Shown piece by piece: positions 9,841-20,099 of a stretch of DNA of 64,000 bases. The DNA comes from a bacterium (GTDB lineage Bacteria > RBG-13-61-14 > DATKZS01). The DNA lies in the NCBI GenBank assembly GCA_963674965.2, contig CAXXFL010000007.1:320001-384000 (forward strand), given 5' to 3'. Positions within the stretch are counted from its first letter, which is position 1. Each line of letters starts with the position of its first letter. The position numbers and the translations under genes were made by a program. The notes beneath the pieces were generated by a model, which made no database searches, was not told where the DNA came from, and was given only the letters and a program-made list of their open reading frames with translations.

Positions 9841-9943
9841 CATAGCCGTCGTTTATAAATAATCGTAAATTAAAGGAAACTTTTCTAGCCACCCGAAGTT
9901 ATGGAAGAGATTGTTAGAAGAGAGACACATTACTAACTAACTA

Positions 9944-9959
9944 GTGACTGGAGAATCAC
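9944..9959. promoter_or_regulatory. Candidate upstream activator site (GTGA-N8-TCAC)
   Basis: GTGACTGGAGAATCAC dyad about 105-120 nt upstream of the -24 element, with an AT-rich spacer between. Confidence 0.4.
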
Positions 9960-10012
9960 GGATCAATTGGAAGTGGTTGGAGACCGCTTTAGGTTGTTTT
10001 CGCCTTTAATTA

Positions 10013-11776
10013 GTTTCTGTTGCACAACTGCTTAATGGCTTTCATTATGCGGTGCGGAGAGGATATGGACATGCAGATTTTCAGGGCGTCCATAAAGGAC
10101 GGAAAAGATTTTAACGCTTTCAGGCGAGTTGAATGCCTGAGCCGGCCCTTTTCTATCCTTTCAAAAAACACCTCTCCTTTTGCTGTTTTTCATTTCCGTT
10201 TTTCATTGCCCCCACAGGGGCGCGCCCGGCGGCGGCTAAGTCAGCAGCGCGAGTTTTCGAAGGTTCCAGGCAAAGAACGAAAGACCCACCCAGGACTTGA
10301 AGCTCTCGAAACCTCTCCACAGGCATCGGCTCAGACCGAAGCCGCGAAGAAGGGCGGAAAGGCCGCCCTCGATCCCGGCCCGGAAGCGAAGAAGCTTCTT
10401 GAACCAGCGCTGACGCTCGTGCTCGATCCGCTCCGAACTCCTTTTGCCGGGCTTGGGAATGGCCAGGCGCTCGATATAATAAGGACCTTCGGTCGCAAGC
10501 TTCTCATTGTCCTCATGATAGAAGCGGCGGTCGCCGGTAAACTCGCGTGGAGCCTTGCCGAACAGGCGGACGTGTTTTTGCAAAATGTCCTCGAAAAGGT
10601 CGGCGTCGGAAGGGTTGCCCTCGCACACTTTATATTGAAGCACAATCCCCGACCTTCCCGTCGCCGCCATCACCTTGTGACCGAACTCGGTCGGGCTCAT
10701 GGTCTTGCCTCTCCGGATGATATCAACGTGCGGCTCGAAAACGGAAACCACCTTCTCTTGCGCGGGAACCTTCTCGCCTTTTATAACCCGCCGCTCGCAC
10801 TGCTCGACGCACTGCTCAGAAAGCGGCAGGTAATGATCGAGTTCGCTCTTGATCATGGTTGCCAGGCCCGCATCGCTGAAATAAAGCTCTCCGCCTTTAA
10901 GGGCCTCGTCCAGCGCCTCCCGCGCCGAGCGGGCCATGGCCAAGATTTCCGCCGAAACCTTGAGAAGGTCCCGGTACCAGACCGCCCGTTTCTTCTCGAT
11001 CCCTTTGCCTTTGCCCATGGCGATCTGGTAAGCGCGCTTCTTGGCCCGCCGAGTCCGGTCATGATATTCGAACCCGAGACCCGGCAGCTCCTTCCGCGCT
11101 CCTTTCATCAACCGGTCCAATACACGGATGCTGTCAAAAAGAAGCGAAGCGTCGGTCGGATAGTGGATGTTGGCCTCGGCCACCGCGGTGTCAGCGCGGA
11201 CCGCCTCGCCGTCTTCTACTTTTTTTTTAATGGCCAGGGCCACGAGCATTTCGTTGATCCGCTCCCAGGTCTCGGGGCGGATGCGTTTTATCGCCCGCTC
11301 CAGGCTGCTGAAATGGGGAATGTCCCGCCCGAAGAACCTGGTGAACTTGCGGAAATTGTAATCGGAACCGAGGCGGTCGCCGAGTTCCCGGTAGGAATAA
11401 CACTTGAGTTGATAGATGACCGCGCTCCTAAGGACCTGCTCGACGCTCATCCCCTCGGCGCCGGTCTCCTTGAGTCCGCTTTGGAGATCATCGGCAACAG
11501 CTTCCAGAATTTCCTTGGCCTCGTCGAGCGCTATGCTCATCTTCTCAAGCTCAGTGTCTTGTTTGAAAAGATGGCCCGCTTTCAAAAATTCGTGGTCTTC
11601 AATGGTCATTTGCATTTTAATTTTCGGTCGCATTTTTCGCCCCCTTCACAGCATCCCGGCAAGTCAATCCTTGATTTTTCAAGGAGTTATTGTATCATAT
11701 CAAGACCAAAAAGGGAAGCGAAAAATGCTTACAGCACATTGTTTTTATTGGCTTTTTCTAGTTACGCAACTGGAAC
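10013..11776 (-). mobile_element. Complete insertion sequence (ISNCY/ISDol1-like), 1764 bp, with TAATTA target duplication
   Basis: Terminal inverted repeats GTTTCTGTTGCACAACT / GTTCCAGTTGCGTAACT (13/17 identical); TAATTA at 10007-10012 and 11777-11782; one transposase inside. Confidence 0.85.
10236..11633 (-). CDS. DDE transposase (ISNCY-like)
   Basis: RADTAVAEANIHYPTDASLL, EKVVSVFEPH, EFGHKV, TGDRRF, RAGIEGGLS...RC.WRG...FAWNL. Confidence 0.9.
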   Translation of the reverse strand: MRPKIKMQMTIEDHEFLKAGHLFKQDTELEKMSIALDEAKEILEAVADDLQSGLKETGAEGMSVEQVLRSAVIYQLKCYSYRELGDRLGSDYNFRKFTRFFGRDIPHFSSLERAIKRIRPETWERINEMLVALAIKKKVEDGEAVRADTAVAEANIHYPTDASLLFDSIRVLDRLMKGARKELPGLGFEYHDRTRRAKKRAYQIAMGKGKGIEKKRAVWYRDLLKVSAEILAMARSAREALDEALKGGELYFSDAGLATMIKSELDHYLPLSEQCVEQCERRVIKGEKVPAQEKVVSVFEPHVDIIRRGKTMSPTEFGHKVMAATGRSGIVLQYKVCEGNPSDADLFEDILQKHVRLFGKAPREFTGDRRFYHEDNEKLATEGPYYIERLAIPKPGKRSSERIEHERQRWFKKLLRFRAGIEGGLSALLRGFGLSRCLWRGFESFKSWVGLSFFAWNLRKLALLT

Positions 11777-11860
11777 TAATTAGGAAGGTTGCATACGGCG
11801 AGAACGCTTTTTAAACCGCGCGCCATGGGTTTCGTTTCAATTGAATAGTAAAGACCAACT

Positions 11861-13273
11861 TCAGAGTATGAATAATTTTTTCCATCTTTGTGCCGTCTCC
11901 CTTGCGATGCCGATACGTTTGGCCGCTTGCGTTACGTTGCCGTTTTCCAATGCAAGCGCGTTTTTTAAAATCAGATAGTTTAAATATGAGTGAGCTTTAT
12001 CAAGGTTAAAATCGTTGTCCATCAGGGAGTTGCAAATTTTTCTTTCTACACTTTCCATTCCTTCAGGCAAATCACCCGAACCTACCGGGACATTGATACC
12101 TAAGTCCGAGGCGGTAAGTTCCACTGGTTCGCCAGACGCATTACAAACCGCACGTTCAATGGCGGATTTCAACTCCCTTACGTTTCCCGGCCATGGATAA
12201 TTTTTAATTGCTTCACCGCAGCCAACTGAAAATGAACACGCGCCAAAATACTGCGCATTGAATACTCCAAGAAAATGGTCTGCCAGGAGTATTACGTCAT
12301 TTTCTCGTTCCCTTATTGGAGGCAAATGAATGGACAATATATTGACGCGATAATAAAGGTCCTCCCTGAATTTGCCCTCCGTGACCTTTTGTTTGAGGTC
12401 CTTATAGGCGCATATTACGCGCACGTCGGAACATATCGGGTCATCTCCGCCTAAAGGCTCGTATTCATGGGTTTCAAGTACGCGCAGTAATTTTGCCTGG
12501 ACGGCTGGAGACATCTCGCCAAACTCATCCAGAAAAAGGGATCCTTTTTCAGCCATGGCGAACTTGCCTGCTCGCTTCTCTTTTGCGTCGGTAAAACTGC
12601 CTTTCTTATGTCCGAATAAAAGAGACTCCGCCAGGTTTTCGGGTATATTGGCGCAGTTGTAGGTTACCATCGGCCCATTCTTACGAGAACTGAGCGCATG
12701 TATCCTCCTGGCAATTAATTCTTTCCCAGTTCCAGTTTCGCCCGTTATCAGGACCGTTGCGTCCGAACCCGCTGCTTTATCAGCTAACTTAAGGACACTG
12801 GTTATGGCATGGCTATCCCCTACTATCTCCTTTTTCAACGCCTCATAAATTACATCTTGGCGACTTCTTTCAATTTCCTCGGACGAGTCCAGTTTCACGC
12901 AGTAGTCATCAACCTTTTTTACCAGAGGGGTAAGCCAGTCGTCTTGAGTTTTAATTATCAGTTGAGAGGCTTTATTAAAGGCTCCAATCATCTCGCTATC
13001 GAATTCAGAAAATATAGTCATTACGAAGACCCCGGCTGAGGGGCAGTGTTCCCTGACCCTATTCAGCAATTCAAGGCCATTCTCATACCTATCGGTCTTA
13101 CTATCCGCTTGCTTTGGAATGCTAAGGTCCGTGATTATTATTTCAGGGTCACCAGAGAGTGCTTTAACCGCTTCATCGAGACAAGACGCCTCCATCACTT
13201 TGTATTTTCCGAGCTTTGACTTTAAGGCCCTCCTAACTGAATCACGATCCTCTACAACCAGCACTTTCCTCAT
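11861..13273 (-). CDS. Sigma54-dependent response regulator (REC-AAA+-Fis HTH), PrsR/NtrC-like
   Basis: REC (VVED...TDL), GETGTGKE, GSFTDA, LFLDE, WPGNVREL, C-terminal HTH. Confidence 0.92.
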   Translation of the reverse strand: MRKVLVVEDRDSVRRALKSKLGKYKVMEASCLDEAVKALSGDPEIIITDLSIPKQADSKTDRYENGLELLNRVREHCPSAGVFVMTIFSEFDSEMIGAFNKASQLIIKTQDDWLTPLVKKVDDYCVKLDSSEEIERSRQDVIYEALKKEIVGDSHAITSVLKLADKAAGSDATVLITGETGTGKELIARRIHALSSRKNGPMVTYNCANIPENLAESLLFGHKKGSFTDAKEKRAGKFAMAEKGSLFLDEFGEMSPAVQAKLLRVLETHEYEPLGGDDPICSDVRVICAYKDLKQKVTEGKFREDLYYRVNILSIHLPPIRERENDVILLADHFLGVFNAQYFGACSFSVGCGEAIKNYPWPGNVRELKSAIERAVCNASGEPVELTASDLGINVPVGSGDLPEGMESVERKICNSLMDNDFNLDKAHSYLNYLILKNALALENGNVTQAAKRIGIARETAQRWKKLFIL

Positions 13274-15408
13274 TTTCCATCCTCTCTTTCAATATTGAGC
13301 TTTAGCGGAAGAGTCACCGTTATTGCGGTTCCATGTCCGCGCTTACTCTTGACGCTGATTGTACCCTTGTGGTTGCCGACCGTTTTTCTTACGATCGGTA
13401 ACCCCATACCGCTCCCATTTTTTCCTCGGCTGGTTACGCCGGGAAGGAAATTATCCTCTATGTTCTCGGTATCCATACCATCACCTTCGTCCTCAATAAC
13501 GACGGCCAGTTGTAAAGGCTCATGGCCGCATTCCTTCATAAACGATCTGACTCGAATAGCTCCGCCCCTTTTTGTCGCCTGGACCGCGTTCTGAACAAGG
13601 TTTTCAAAGGCGTCAACCAATCCGTAATAATAGCCTTGAAGTTTTGGAAGCCCGGGCGTCAACTGGAGTGTGATTGCACGTTTAGTGTCGCCAAGCCGTC
13701 GGACGCTCTCTTTTAGCGCGTCATTCAATGAAACCGAGGCTAAGTCCTCCCCTCTGAAGGAATTAAGCAGGTGATTGATCTCTTTAATACCGTTATCCGC
13801 GTCATTTTCGATATCCTTGATCGCTTCTTTTATAGTGCTAACGTCTTCTTCATCTATGAGAGTCCGCGTCAGAGTAAGTATACTGATTAAGGGAGACTTG
13901 AGACGATGTATTCGACTGGCGTCTTGAAGCCATTTTTGGGCGCACTCCTCAATCATATCGACCTTATCACGAGCCTCGTTCTCCTCTTTCTCCTTCAAGG
14001 CAGCAAATTTAACGCCCGCGAAATCGAATAGTTCTTTCCTTAACATATAAATCTCTTCCTCGGAAATTACTTCCCCGCGGTTTTTCCTTCCAATCATGGC
14101 GAGACCTAATAACGAAGTTCCATGAAATATAGGGATTGCCGCCTCGAACCCATACTCTCGCATCCACCTAAGGGATTCGTCGTCGCTGGAGTGATCCTTC
14201 ATGACGATCACCGGCCCCTTAGTCTCCATAAAGCGGTTTATCAGAGCGCCCGCTTGATTGAAGGATAAGCCGATCCCGACATCCCGATCGAAACGGGAAA
14301 AACGCGTCAACATAATCATATCGTTTGTATATTCCTGCCTTCGCATTAGCGCGAATGATTTGACTTGAAGTCCATCTTCCATTGAAATCCGCAAAGCTTC
14401 GAAAACTTGTTCCATGCTTTGAGCGTTTTCGACCATAGCTTTGTGGTCCTGCAATTTTCTCCAAAGTGCTATATCGGACCCCGCCGTTAATGGCTTCAAT
14501 AAATGCTTTTCAATAATTAACGCCAAGGGGGCCGTTATGTATGCCAAGAAAAGAATTGCAACGGCGCTAATAACTATGGATTGGGTCCTTTGGCCGACAA
14601 GGATATGAAACAGAAGAAACACAAAAAGGACGGATATGCCAAACAATACGTGTCTTAAAAGAGCCAAAAGGTAATCGCGACGAGCGGCTTCATATATGTC
14701 TAGTGAGCTTTGACGCAAAATTGCTCCCGTTGTGATCAATGGAAAAATTATAAAACCGATAAAACTCAGCCCAGGGGACTTGATATGCTTAAACATATAT
14801 AGGCCGCTAAAAATTGCCGGAAAAGCTGCGGCGCATAAAGACGCGTAAAAGTATGGAGCTATCCTGTGAATTGCTTTTTCCGATGATCGTCGATACTCTT
14901 GGTAAAGAAAAACTAACGACATGATTATCGGGATATACATGTACTTTGAATTCATTGCGTGTATCATCGAATCGTAAGCGTTAAATCTGTATTCCTCGTA
15001 GCTTAGGTCCCTAGGGAAAATTTGATTCAACCCGCACAGGAGTAGACTGAAACAGTAAAAAACGTATTTCAATGCCCTATGTAGCCATGAGGCACTTCTG
15101 ATAACCTCTAAAACAAAATCAAAAAAAACTGCCGAGAGCAATAACGGACCGAGCCAGAAGATTCGCGCGGCAATATCGGCAAGGTCCGGTCTTGCCGGGG
15201 GGATACCGATGAAAAAGATATCGCCCCCGACCCAAAACGCCACCAGAAAGCAGACGGATGCCACCAGCCTGACCAAACGACTGCGGTAGTTGCGCGAGAG
15301 GATATAGCAGCCTAAAGCAAGCTGGAAAACAAGGGCCACGAGAAGGACGAAGAGTTCAGCGTACATGAATATGTGCATGAACGACCTCTTTCGTAATATA
15401 TAAGGCAT
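13270..15408 (-). CDS. Multi-pass membrane sensor histidine kinase (7TM + GAF-like + HATPase), PrsK-like
   Basis: Several N-terminal TM helices, H-box IHRLKSPL, NLVQNA, DEGDG, GSGMGL; overlaps the regulator start by 4 nt; exact start uncertain. Confidence 0.85.
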   Translation of the reverse strand: MPYILRKRSFMHIFMYAELFVLLVALVFQLALGCYILSRNYRSRLVRLVASVCFLVAFWVGGDIFFIGIPPARPDLADIAARIFWLGPLLLSAVFFDFVLEVIRSASWLHRALKYVFYCFSLLLCGLNQIFPRDLSYEEYRFNAYDSMIHAMNSKYMYIPIIMSLVFLYQEYRRSSEKAIHRIAPYFYASLCAAAFPAIFSGLYMFKHIKSPGLSFIGFIIFPLITTGAILRQSSLDIYEAARRDYLLALLRHVLFGISVLFVFLLFHILVGQRTQSIVISAVAILFLAYITAPLALIIEKHLLKPLTAGSDIALWRKLQDHKAMVENAQSMEQVFEALRISMEDGLQVKSFALMRRQEYTNDMIMLTRFSRFDRDVGIGLSFNQAGALINRFMETKGPVIVMKDHSSDDESLRWMREYGFEAAIPIFHGTSLLGLAMIGRKNRGEVISEEEIYMLRKELFDFAGVKFAALKEKEENEARDKVDMIEECAQKWLQDASRIHRLKSPLISILTLTRTLIDEEDVSTIKEAIKDIENDADNGIKEINHLLNSFRGEDLASVSLNDALKESVRRLGDTKRAITLQLTPGLPKLQGYYYGLVDAFENLVQNAVQATKRGGAIRVRSFMKECGHEPLQLAVVIEDEGDGMDTENIEDNFLPGVTSRGKNGSGMGLPIVRKTVGNHKGTISVKSKRGHGTAITVTLPLKLNIEREDGK

Positions 15409-15449
15409 CTTATGAAAACGTGCCTTTTTTTTAAAAGCGAATAGGGCGA

Positions 15450-15471
15450 TTTAGGGAATGACCTCCCTAAA
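15450..15471. promoter_or_regulatory. Inverted repeat TTTAGGGA-N6-TCCCTAAA upstream of the kinase
   Basis: Perfect 8-bp dyad at the right edge of the AT-rich islet. Confidence 0.35.
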
Positions 15472-15551
15472 AACGTCAGTCATTGAAAAGAAATTAAATA
15501 TTATTGCCGCCCGCCCCCGGCATCGAGGGAGGCGAGCGGCGCAATAGACTC

Positions 15552-16481
15552 TTACACCTTGATGGTCTTAACCAGTTTTTTGACGTGGTCGCAGCTTTTC
15601 TTGAAGGCGGCCTTTTCGGCCTTGTCCAGTTTGACCTCGACGACCTTCTCGACGCCTTTCTTTCCGATGACCGCCGGTACCCCGACCCATAGTCCCTTCA
15701 CGCCGTATTCCCCGTTGCAGTGGGCGGCCACGGGCAGGACCCTTTTCCGGTCGAGCACGATGGACTCGACCATCTCGACCGCCGAGGACGCCGGGGCGTA
15801 GTAGGCGCTGCCGGTCTTGAGCAGCCCCACGATCTCGGCGCCGCCGTCCCTGGTGCGCTGCACGATCTCGTCGATGCGCTTTTTAGGGATAAGGTCGGTG
15901 ATGGGAATTCCGGCCATGGTCGAGTATCTGACGAGGGGCACCATCGAGTCCCCGTGTCCGCCCAGCACCATGGCCGTCACGTCCTGGGCCGAGCATCCCA
16001 GCTCGTCGGCGAGGAAGCTCCGAAAACGCGAGGTGTCGAGCACTCCCGCCATTCCCATGACCCTGGCGGGCGGGAACTTGCTGACCTTGGCCGCCACGTA
16101 AACCATGGCGTCAAGGGGATTGCTGACGATGATGAGGATGGCCTTGGGCGAGTATTTCTTGACCTGGGCCGTGACGCCTCCCACTATCTCGGTGTTCTTC
16201 TTGATGAGGTCGTCCCTGCTCATGCCCGGCTTGCGAGGAAGCCCGGCGGTTATAACGACTATGTCCGAGTTCCTGGTGGCGGCGTAACTGTTGGCGCCCA
16301 CCGTCTGGCCGTCGAACTCGTAAGTGGGCCTGACCTGCGACAGGTCCAGGCTCTTGCCCTGGGGGACCCCCGGAATAATATCGACCAGGACCACGTCCGC
16401 CCATCCCTTCATGGCGATAAGGTGAGCCGCCGTGGCGCCCACGTTGCCGGCCCCCACTACCGTGACTTTCATCCGTGCCAT
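15552..16481 (-). CDS. mdh: Malate dehydrogenase (LDH-like)
   Basis: [38 protein letters not shown]. Confidence 0.97.
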   Translation of the reverse strand: MARMKVTVVGAGNVGATAAHLIAMKGWADVVLVDIIPGVPQGKSLDLSQVRPTYEFDGQTVGANSYAATRNSDIVVITAGLPRKPGMSRDDLIKKNTEIVGGVTAQVKKYSPKAILIIVSNPLDAMVYVAAKVSKFPPARVMGMAGVLDTSRFRSFLADELGCSAQDVTAMVLGGHGDSMVPLVRYSTMAGIPITDLIPKKRIDEIVQRTRDGGAEIVGLLKTGSAYYAPASSAVEMVESIVLDRKRVLPVAAHCNGEYGVKGLWVGVPAVIGKKGVEKVVEVKLDKAEKAAFKKSCDHVKKLVKTIKV

Positions 16482-16550
16482 TTTATCTCCTCCCTCTTTT
16501 TTGGCGTCATCGACGCCTGGTTAGTATCCCTTCCAGCTTATTATCGCCTT

Positions 16551-18230
16551 TCAATCGTCGCCCGGACCCGCGGCCAGCGTGGTCCAGCGCTTGCCGAAAT
16601 ATTTCCCCCGGCTCACTATGCCGAGAAACTGCCAGCGGCCCGGCCGGGGCGGACGGTACTCGCCGCGCCAGGTCAGGGGCTCGTCCTCGACTTTTTCCAG
16701 GTCCACCTTGTCCTCGAAGCCCTGCTCGAAATAGCAGCGGACCAGTACCTTGGTTTTTCTGAGACCGGACCCGGCCATGAAGGCGTAATCCTGGCCGAGC
16801 CTAACCTCGAGAGTGACCGTGTCTCCATCTCCCGCCTCGGCGGTCAAGTCGAAGGGTATGACCTCGGGCGGAGGGGGAAGGTCCGCCGAGCCTTCCGCCA
16901 TCTCGCGGATCAGGCTCGCGACCGCCTCGGCCACGGCCTGGAGGTTGTCGGGCGGGACCCACTCGATTTGGTCGTACTCGGTGTGATAAAACCTGCTGGG
17001 CGTGTAAATGAAGACGCCGGGCACGCCCCAGGAATAAAACCACTCCATGTCCGTGCTGATGCCGCCCATGACTTTTTTTATGGTATGCACGGAAACGTGA
17101 ACGTCCCGGCCGGGCACGGGAAGAATATGCTTCTTCGAGGTTTTTTTCATGCCCTTGCTGACCGTGATTATCCGGGGCATTACGCCGGCTTTGGACGGGT
17201 CGTCGTGAAAGTAGTTGTTGAGTGAGCTTACCATGTCGAGTTCGACCATGGCGCTTATTTTATCGAGGTCGAACTCCTGGGCGAAGGCCGCGCTGCCGAT
17301 CAAACCGATTTCCTCGGAGTCGGCCAACAGAAAAATAACGCCCGCGTCGTCGTCCTTCATAATCCGGGCGGTTTCGAGAAGCGCGGCCGATCCGCTGCCG
17401 TCGTCCAGGGCGCCCGTGAACCAGCAGTCCAGGTGGGCCGTTACCAGCGCGTACCTATCGTAACCGGGCTTCATGGCCACCACGGTCCTGCCCGTTCCCC
17501 GCGTTATGCGGCCGTCGTGAGATATCTCAATCTCCTCGCCGATCAGGTCCTTCGCGTTTTCCACCACCATGCCGGGAAGAGGGGAATAGTACCAGGAGGT
17601 GGAATGGGCGCGCGACGAGTGGCGCATGCCTTTGCCGCCTATGGGCGACATGTCCGCCTCGCGGACGATCCCCAGCGCCCCGGCCTTTTTCCACTTGTCG
17701 TAGCTCTTGGTCAGGGAAGGACCGAACATGCCCGGGTGAACGTAAACGAAACAGCCCGTCAGTATCGGCCTGGGTCTCACGACCTTGCCACGGAGTGTCC
17801 CCTGGACGGGCTGGCTGTAGTGGATGGGATAAGCCTTGTATTCCTTGCCGTCCTTGATCCTCGTTACGCGGGCGTTGTCAAGATCGAATGAGTAGTAGGG
17901 AAAAGGATAGGTGACCACGCTGACCTCGTAGCCCAGGGACTCGAGCGTCCGCTCGGCGAAGGACGCGGCGCACCGATAGCCTTGCGTGCCCGATCTTCTG
18001 GTACCCATCCCGACCAGCGCCTCGAGGTAGGCGTAGGCCCCGCCTTCCTCCACCAACTCGAAATGGCAGCGGTCGTCGCCGTATGAAACGAAATCGTTCT
18101 CGCCCCCGGGCAATATTCGAGCCGACGGTGTCTGGTCCTTTATCTGGTAGCCGTTTTTTTTATGGGCGCAGCTCGCGGCGCATAAAATCACCGCGGCGGC
18201 CAGGACAAATAACGATCGTTTTTTCATCAT
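16551..18230 (-). CDS. M28 family metallopeptidase, lipoprotein
   Basis: Lipobox AASC; TAHLD, GALDDGSG, SEEIGLIGS, ELDM, YHTEYD. Confidence 0.85.
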   Translation of the reverse strand: MMKKRSLFVLAAAVILCAASCAHKKNGYQIKDQTPSARILPGGENDFVSYGDDRCHFELVEEGGAYAYLEALVGMGTRRSGTQGYRCAASFAERTLESLGYEVSVVTYPFPYYSFDLDNARVTRIKDGKEYKAYPIHYSQPVQGTLRGKVVRPRPILTGCFVYVHPGMFGPSLTKSYDKWKKAGALGIVREADMSPIGGKGMRHSSRAHSTSWYYSPLPGMVVENAKDLIGEEIEISHDGRITRGTGRTVVAMKPGYDRYALVTAHLDCWFTGALDDGSGSAALLETARIMKDDDAGVIFLLADSEEIGLIGSAAFAQEFDLDKISAMVELDMVSSLNNYFHDDPSKAGVMPRIITVSKGMKKTSKKHILPVPGRDVHVSVHTIKKVMGGISTDMEWFYSWGVPGVFIYTPSRFYHTEYDQIEWVPPDNLQAVAEAVASLIREMAEGSADLPPPPEVIPFDLTAEAGDGDTVTLEVRLGQDYAFMAGSGLRKTKVLVRCYFEQGFEDKVDLEKVEDEPLTWRGEYRPPRPGRWQFLGIVSRGKYFGKRWTTLAAGPGDD

Positions 18231-18546
18231 TCTTCCCTTTGCGTTCGCGTGGTTACCAATCTAACTCCACTGAAGAAGAATCGCAAGGCAAAGAGGATAA
18301 CAAACCGCGGGGCGTCCTATGAAAGGAAATGAGATTAGCCGGATCGAATCGAATTTTTCCGGGATTGCCGGCCGGGCGATTTCAATTGAACGAGGACTTG
18401 TTTGGTGGTAGCCTTTTTACGTGGGAGCATGACCTCAAGTTTTTGCTTTGTCGGGCCATACCGGCCAAGCGGGACATATTTTTTACTTGCCGCAACGCCC
18501 CGTGAAACAACGACGCTCACGGGCTGCGCGTGGAGGAAAACGGTAA

Positions 18547-18780
18547 ATGGACCCCAAAGAAGAATCTAAGGTAATAAACAAGACCAAGGAATACCTCCTT
18601 CAAATCGCGCTCGAGCTGGAGGCCGCCGCGGCCGGCGCCAGGGGGGCCGCGGAAGCCATTCCCGACCGTGAAAAAGGCATGCGCCACGTCCAGCAGCTAT
18701 ACTCCCGCTTAAAGGAGGCGACCTACCTTCTCGACAGGTTCAAAAGCACCATTGACGAGGCCATTGCCAAGAATCGATAG
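18547..18780 (+). CDS. Small helical hypothetical protein (77 aa)
   Basis: Strong SD GGAGG, amphipathic helical sequence, T-run downstream. Confidence 0.6.
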   Translation: MDPKEESKVINKTKEYLLQIALELEAAAAGARGAAEAIPDREKGMRHVQQLYSRLKEATYLLDRFKSTIDEAIAKNR

Positions 18781-18879
18781 CGCTCCGTTACGCGCTTTAT
18801 TATTATCCGCCGCGGGACGGTCCGGCCTTTTTTTTTGAAGAGGTGCAACCGGGAGAAAATCCATATAACCTCTATACGA

Positions 18880-20055
18880 ATGAACGCTCTGGATTTTATA
18901 ACCTTGACGCGCATGATCTATGGCCGCAAGCCGCTGGATATAGGCCGCATCCAATCCATGGGCCTTTTGGCCGTCAAGATCGGGCAGGTGCACGCCCTGA
19001 GACTAGATTTCCTCCCGGTCGAGAAATGCCGGGCGCTTTCGGGTCTTTACCGGGACAACTACGACGTTCCACCCGAGAGGGTGCTGGACAAGGTCGATCT
19101 ATCCTTGTTCGACTCGGTGGAGAAGATACCCATCGCCTCGGCCTCGGTGGGTCAAGTTCACGCGGGAAAGCTGGACGGAAAAAAAGTCGCGATCAAGATC
19201 ATAAAAAGCGATTTCAAAAAGTCCTTTGTCAGGGACGTCAAGTCGGTAAGGCGCCTTGTCAAGTTGGCGGTCTTTTTCTATCCCAAGCTTAAAAGCGTTT
19301 TCGACCCCCTCGGCGTGCTGGAACATATCGAGGAGTACACGCTGAAGGAAATTGACCTCCTCGAGGAGATAAGGGGGCAGGAGACCCTGCGGCGCATAGC
19401 CCGTGACCACGCCGACAAATTCGATCTCGAGTCCCTTGCCTTCCCCGAGATTTACGGGGACCTTTCCACCAGCGACGTGATGGTATCGGAATTCGTGGAG
19501 GGCAAAAGCTTCGACGAGCTTCTGGATCAGGGCGACCTGCCCTATGAAGTACTCCTCGAGCTTTTCCGGGTCCACGGTTTCTTCCTCTTCAAGGTCGGCA
19601 CGTTCCACGGGGACATACATCCCGGCAACGTGATACTCGGGGGCGATAAAATCTACTTCGTCGATACCGGCGCCATCAGCCGCGCCAGTCAGAGGCTCTC
19701 CGGAGGTCTTCTGGATTTTTTCGACGCCCTCGGCGTATACGACTACAAGGAATGCGCCAGGCGCCTGAACCTCATGGCCGAGGTCCGCGTGGAAGGCGAG
19801 CGATACGACCGATTCGAGAAGGACTTCATCGAGCTTTATAGGGACTTCACGGGCAGCGCGGTGGGCGAGGTCAGCCTGACCATGAAGATGATGGAGACCA
19901 TCAAGCTTGGCGTTATGAGCGGCATGCGTTTCGAGAAGGGCATGTTTCCCATCATAAAAAGCCTCATGTACCTTGACGGCATGGTCCTGCGATGCAACCC
20001 CCGGGCCCGGCTTATCGAGGACATGAGAAAATATATTGACGAGCTCAGACGATAA
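18880..20055 (+). CDS. AarF/ABC1/UbiB family atypical kinase
   Basis: VKIGQ, PIASASVGQVH, VAIK, FHGDIHPGN, DTG; start moved to ATG 18880. Confidence 0.9.
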   Translation: MNALDFITLTRMIYGRKPLDIGRIQSMGLLAVKIGQVHALRLDFLPVEKCRALSGLYRDNYDVPPERVLDKVDLSLFDSVEKIPIASASVGQVHAGKLDGKKVAIKIIKSDFKKSFVRDVKSVRRLVKLAVFFYPKLKSVFDPLGVLEHIEEYTLKEIDLLEEIRGQETLRRIARDHADKFDLESLAFPEIYGDLSTSDVMVSEFVEGKSFDELLDQGDLPYEVLLELFRVHGFFLFKVGTFHGDIHPGNVILGGDKIYFVDTGAISRASQRLSGGLLDFFDALGVYDYKECARRLNLMAEVRVEGERYDRFEKDFIELYRDFTGSAVGEVSLTMKMMETIKLGVMSGMRFEKGMFPIIKSLMYLDGMVLRCNPRARLIEDMRKYIDELRR

Positions 20056-20099
20056 GGGCTACACTATTCGTTGGCTAATAAAAAAAGGAGCGAAGGACA

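Noticed and set aside
10020-11783. 587-aa plus-strand ORF spanning the IS
   Set aside because: Antisense shadow of the transposase; no recognisable motifs.
15720-17225. Long antisense ORFs here and at 5758, 22765, 32174, 34528 and 53639
   Set aside because: They mirror well-supported genes; expected from GC-rich codon bias.
18211-18220. AACGATCGTT palindrome resembling the 33418 operator
   Set aside because: Inside the M28 signal-peptide coding sequence and only a 10-bp dyad; chance cannot be excluded.
18231-18546. Possible c-di-GMP riboswitch (GGCAAA)
   Set aside because: The paired stems and second conserved motif were not found.
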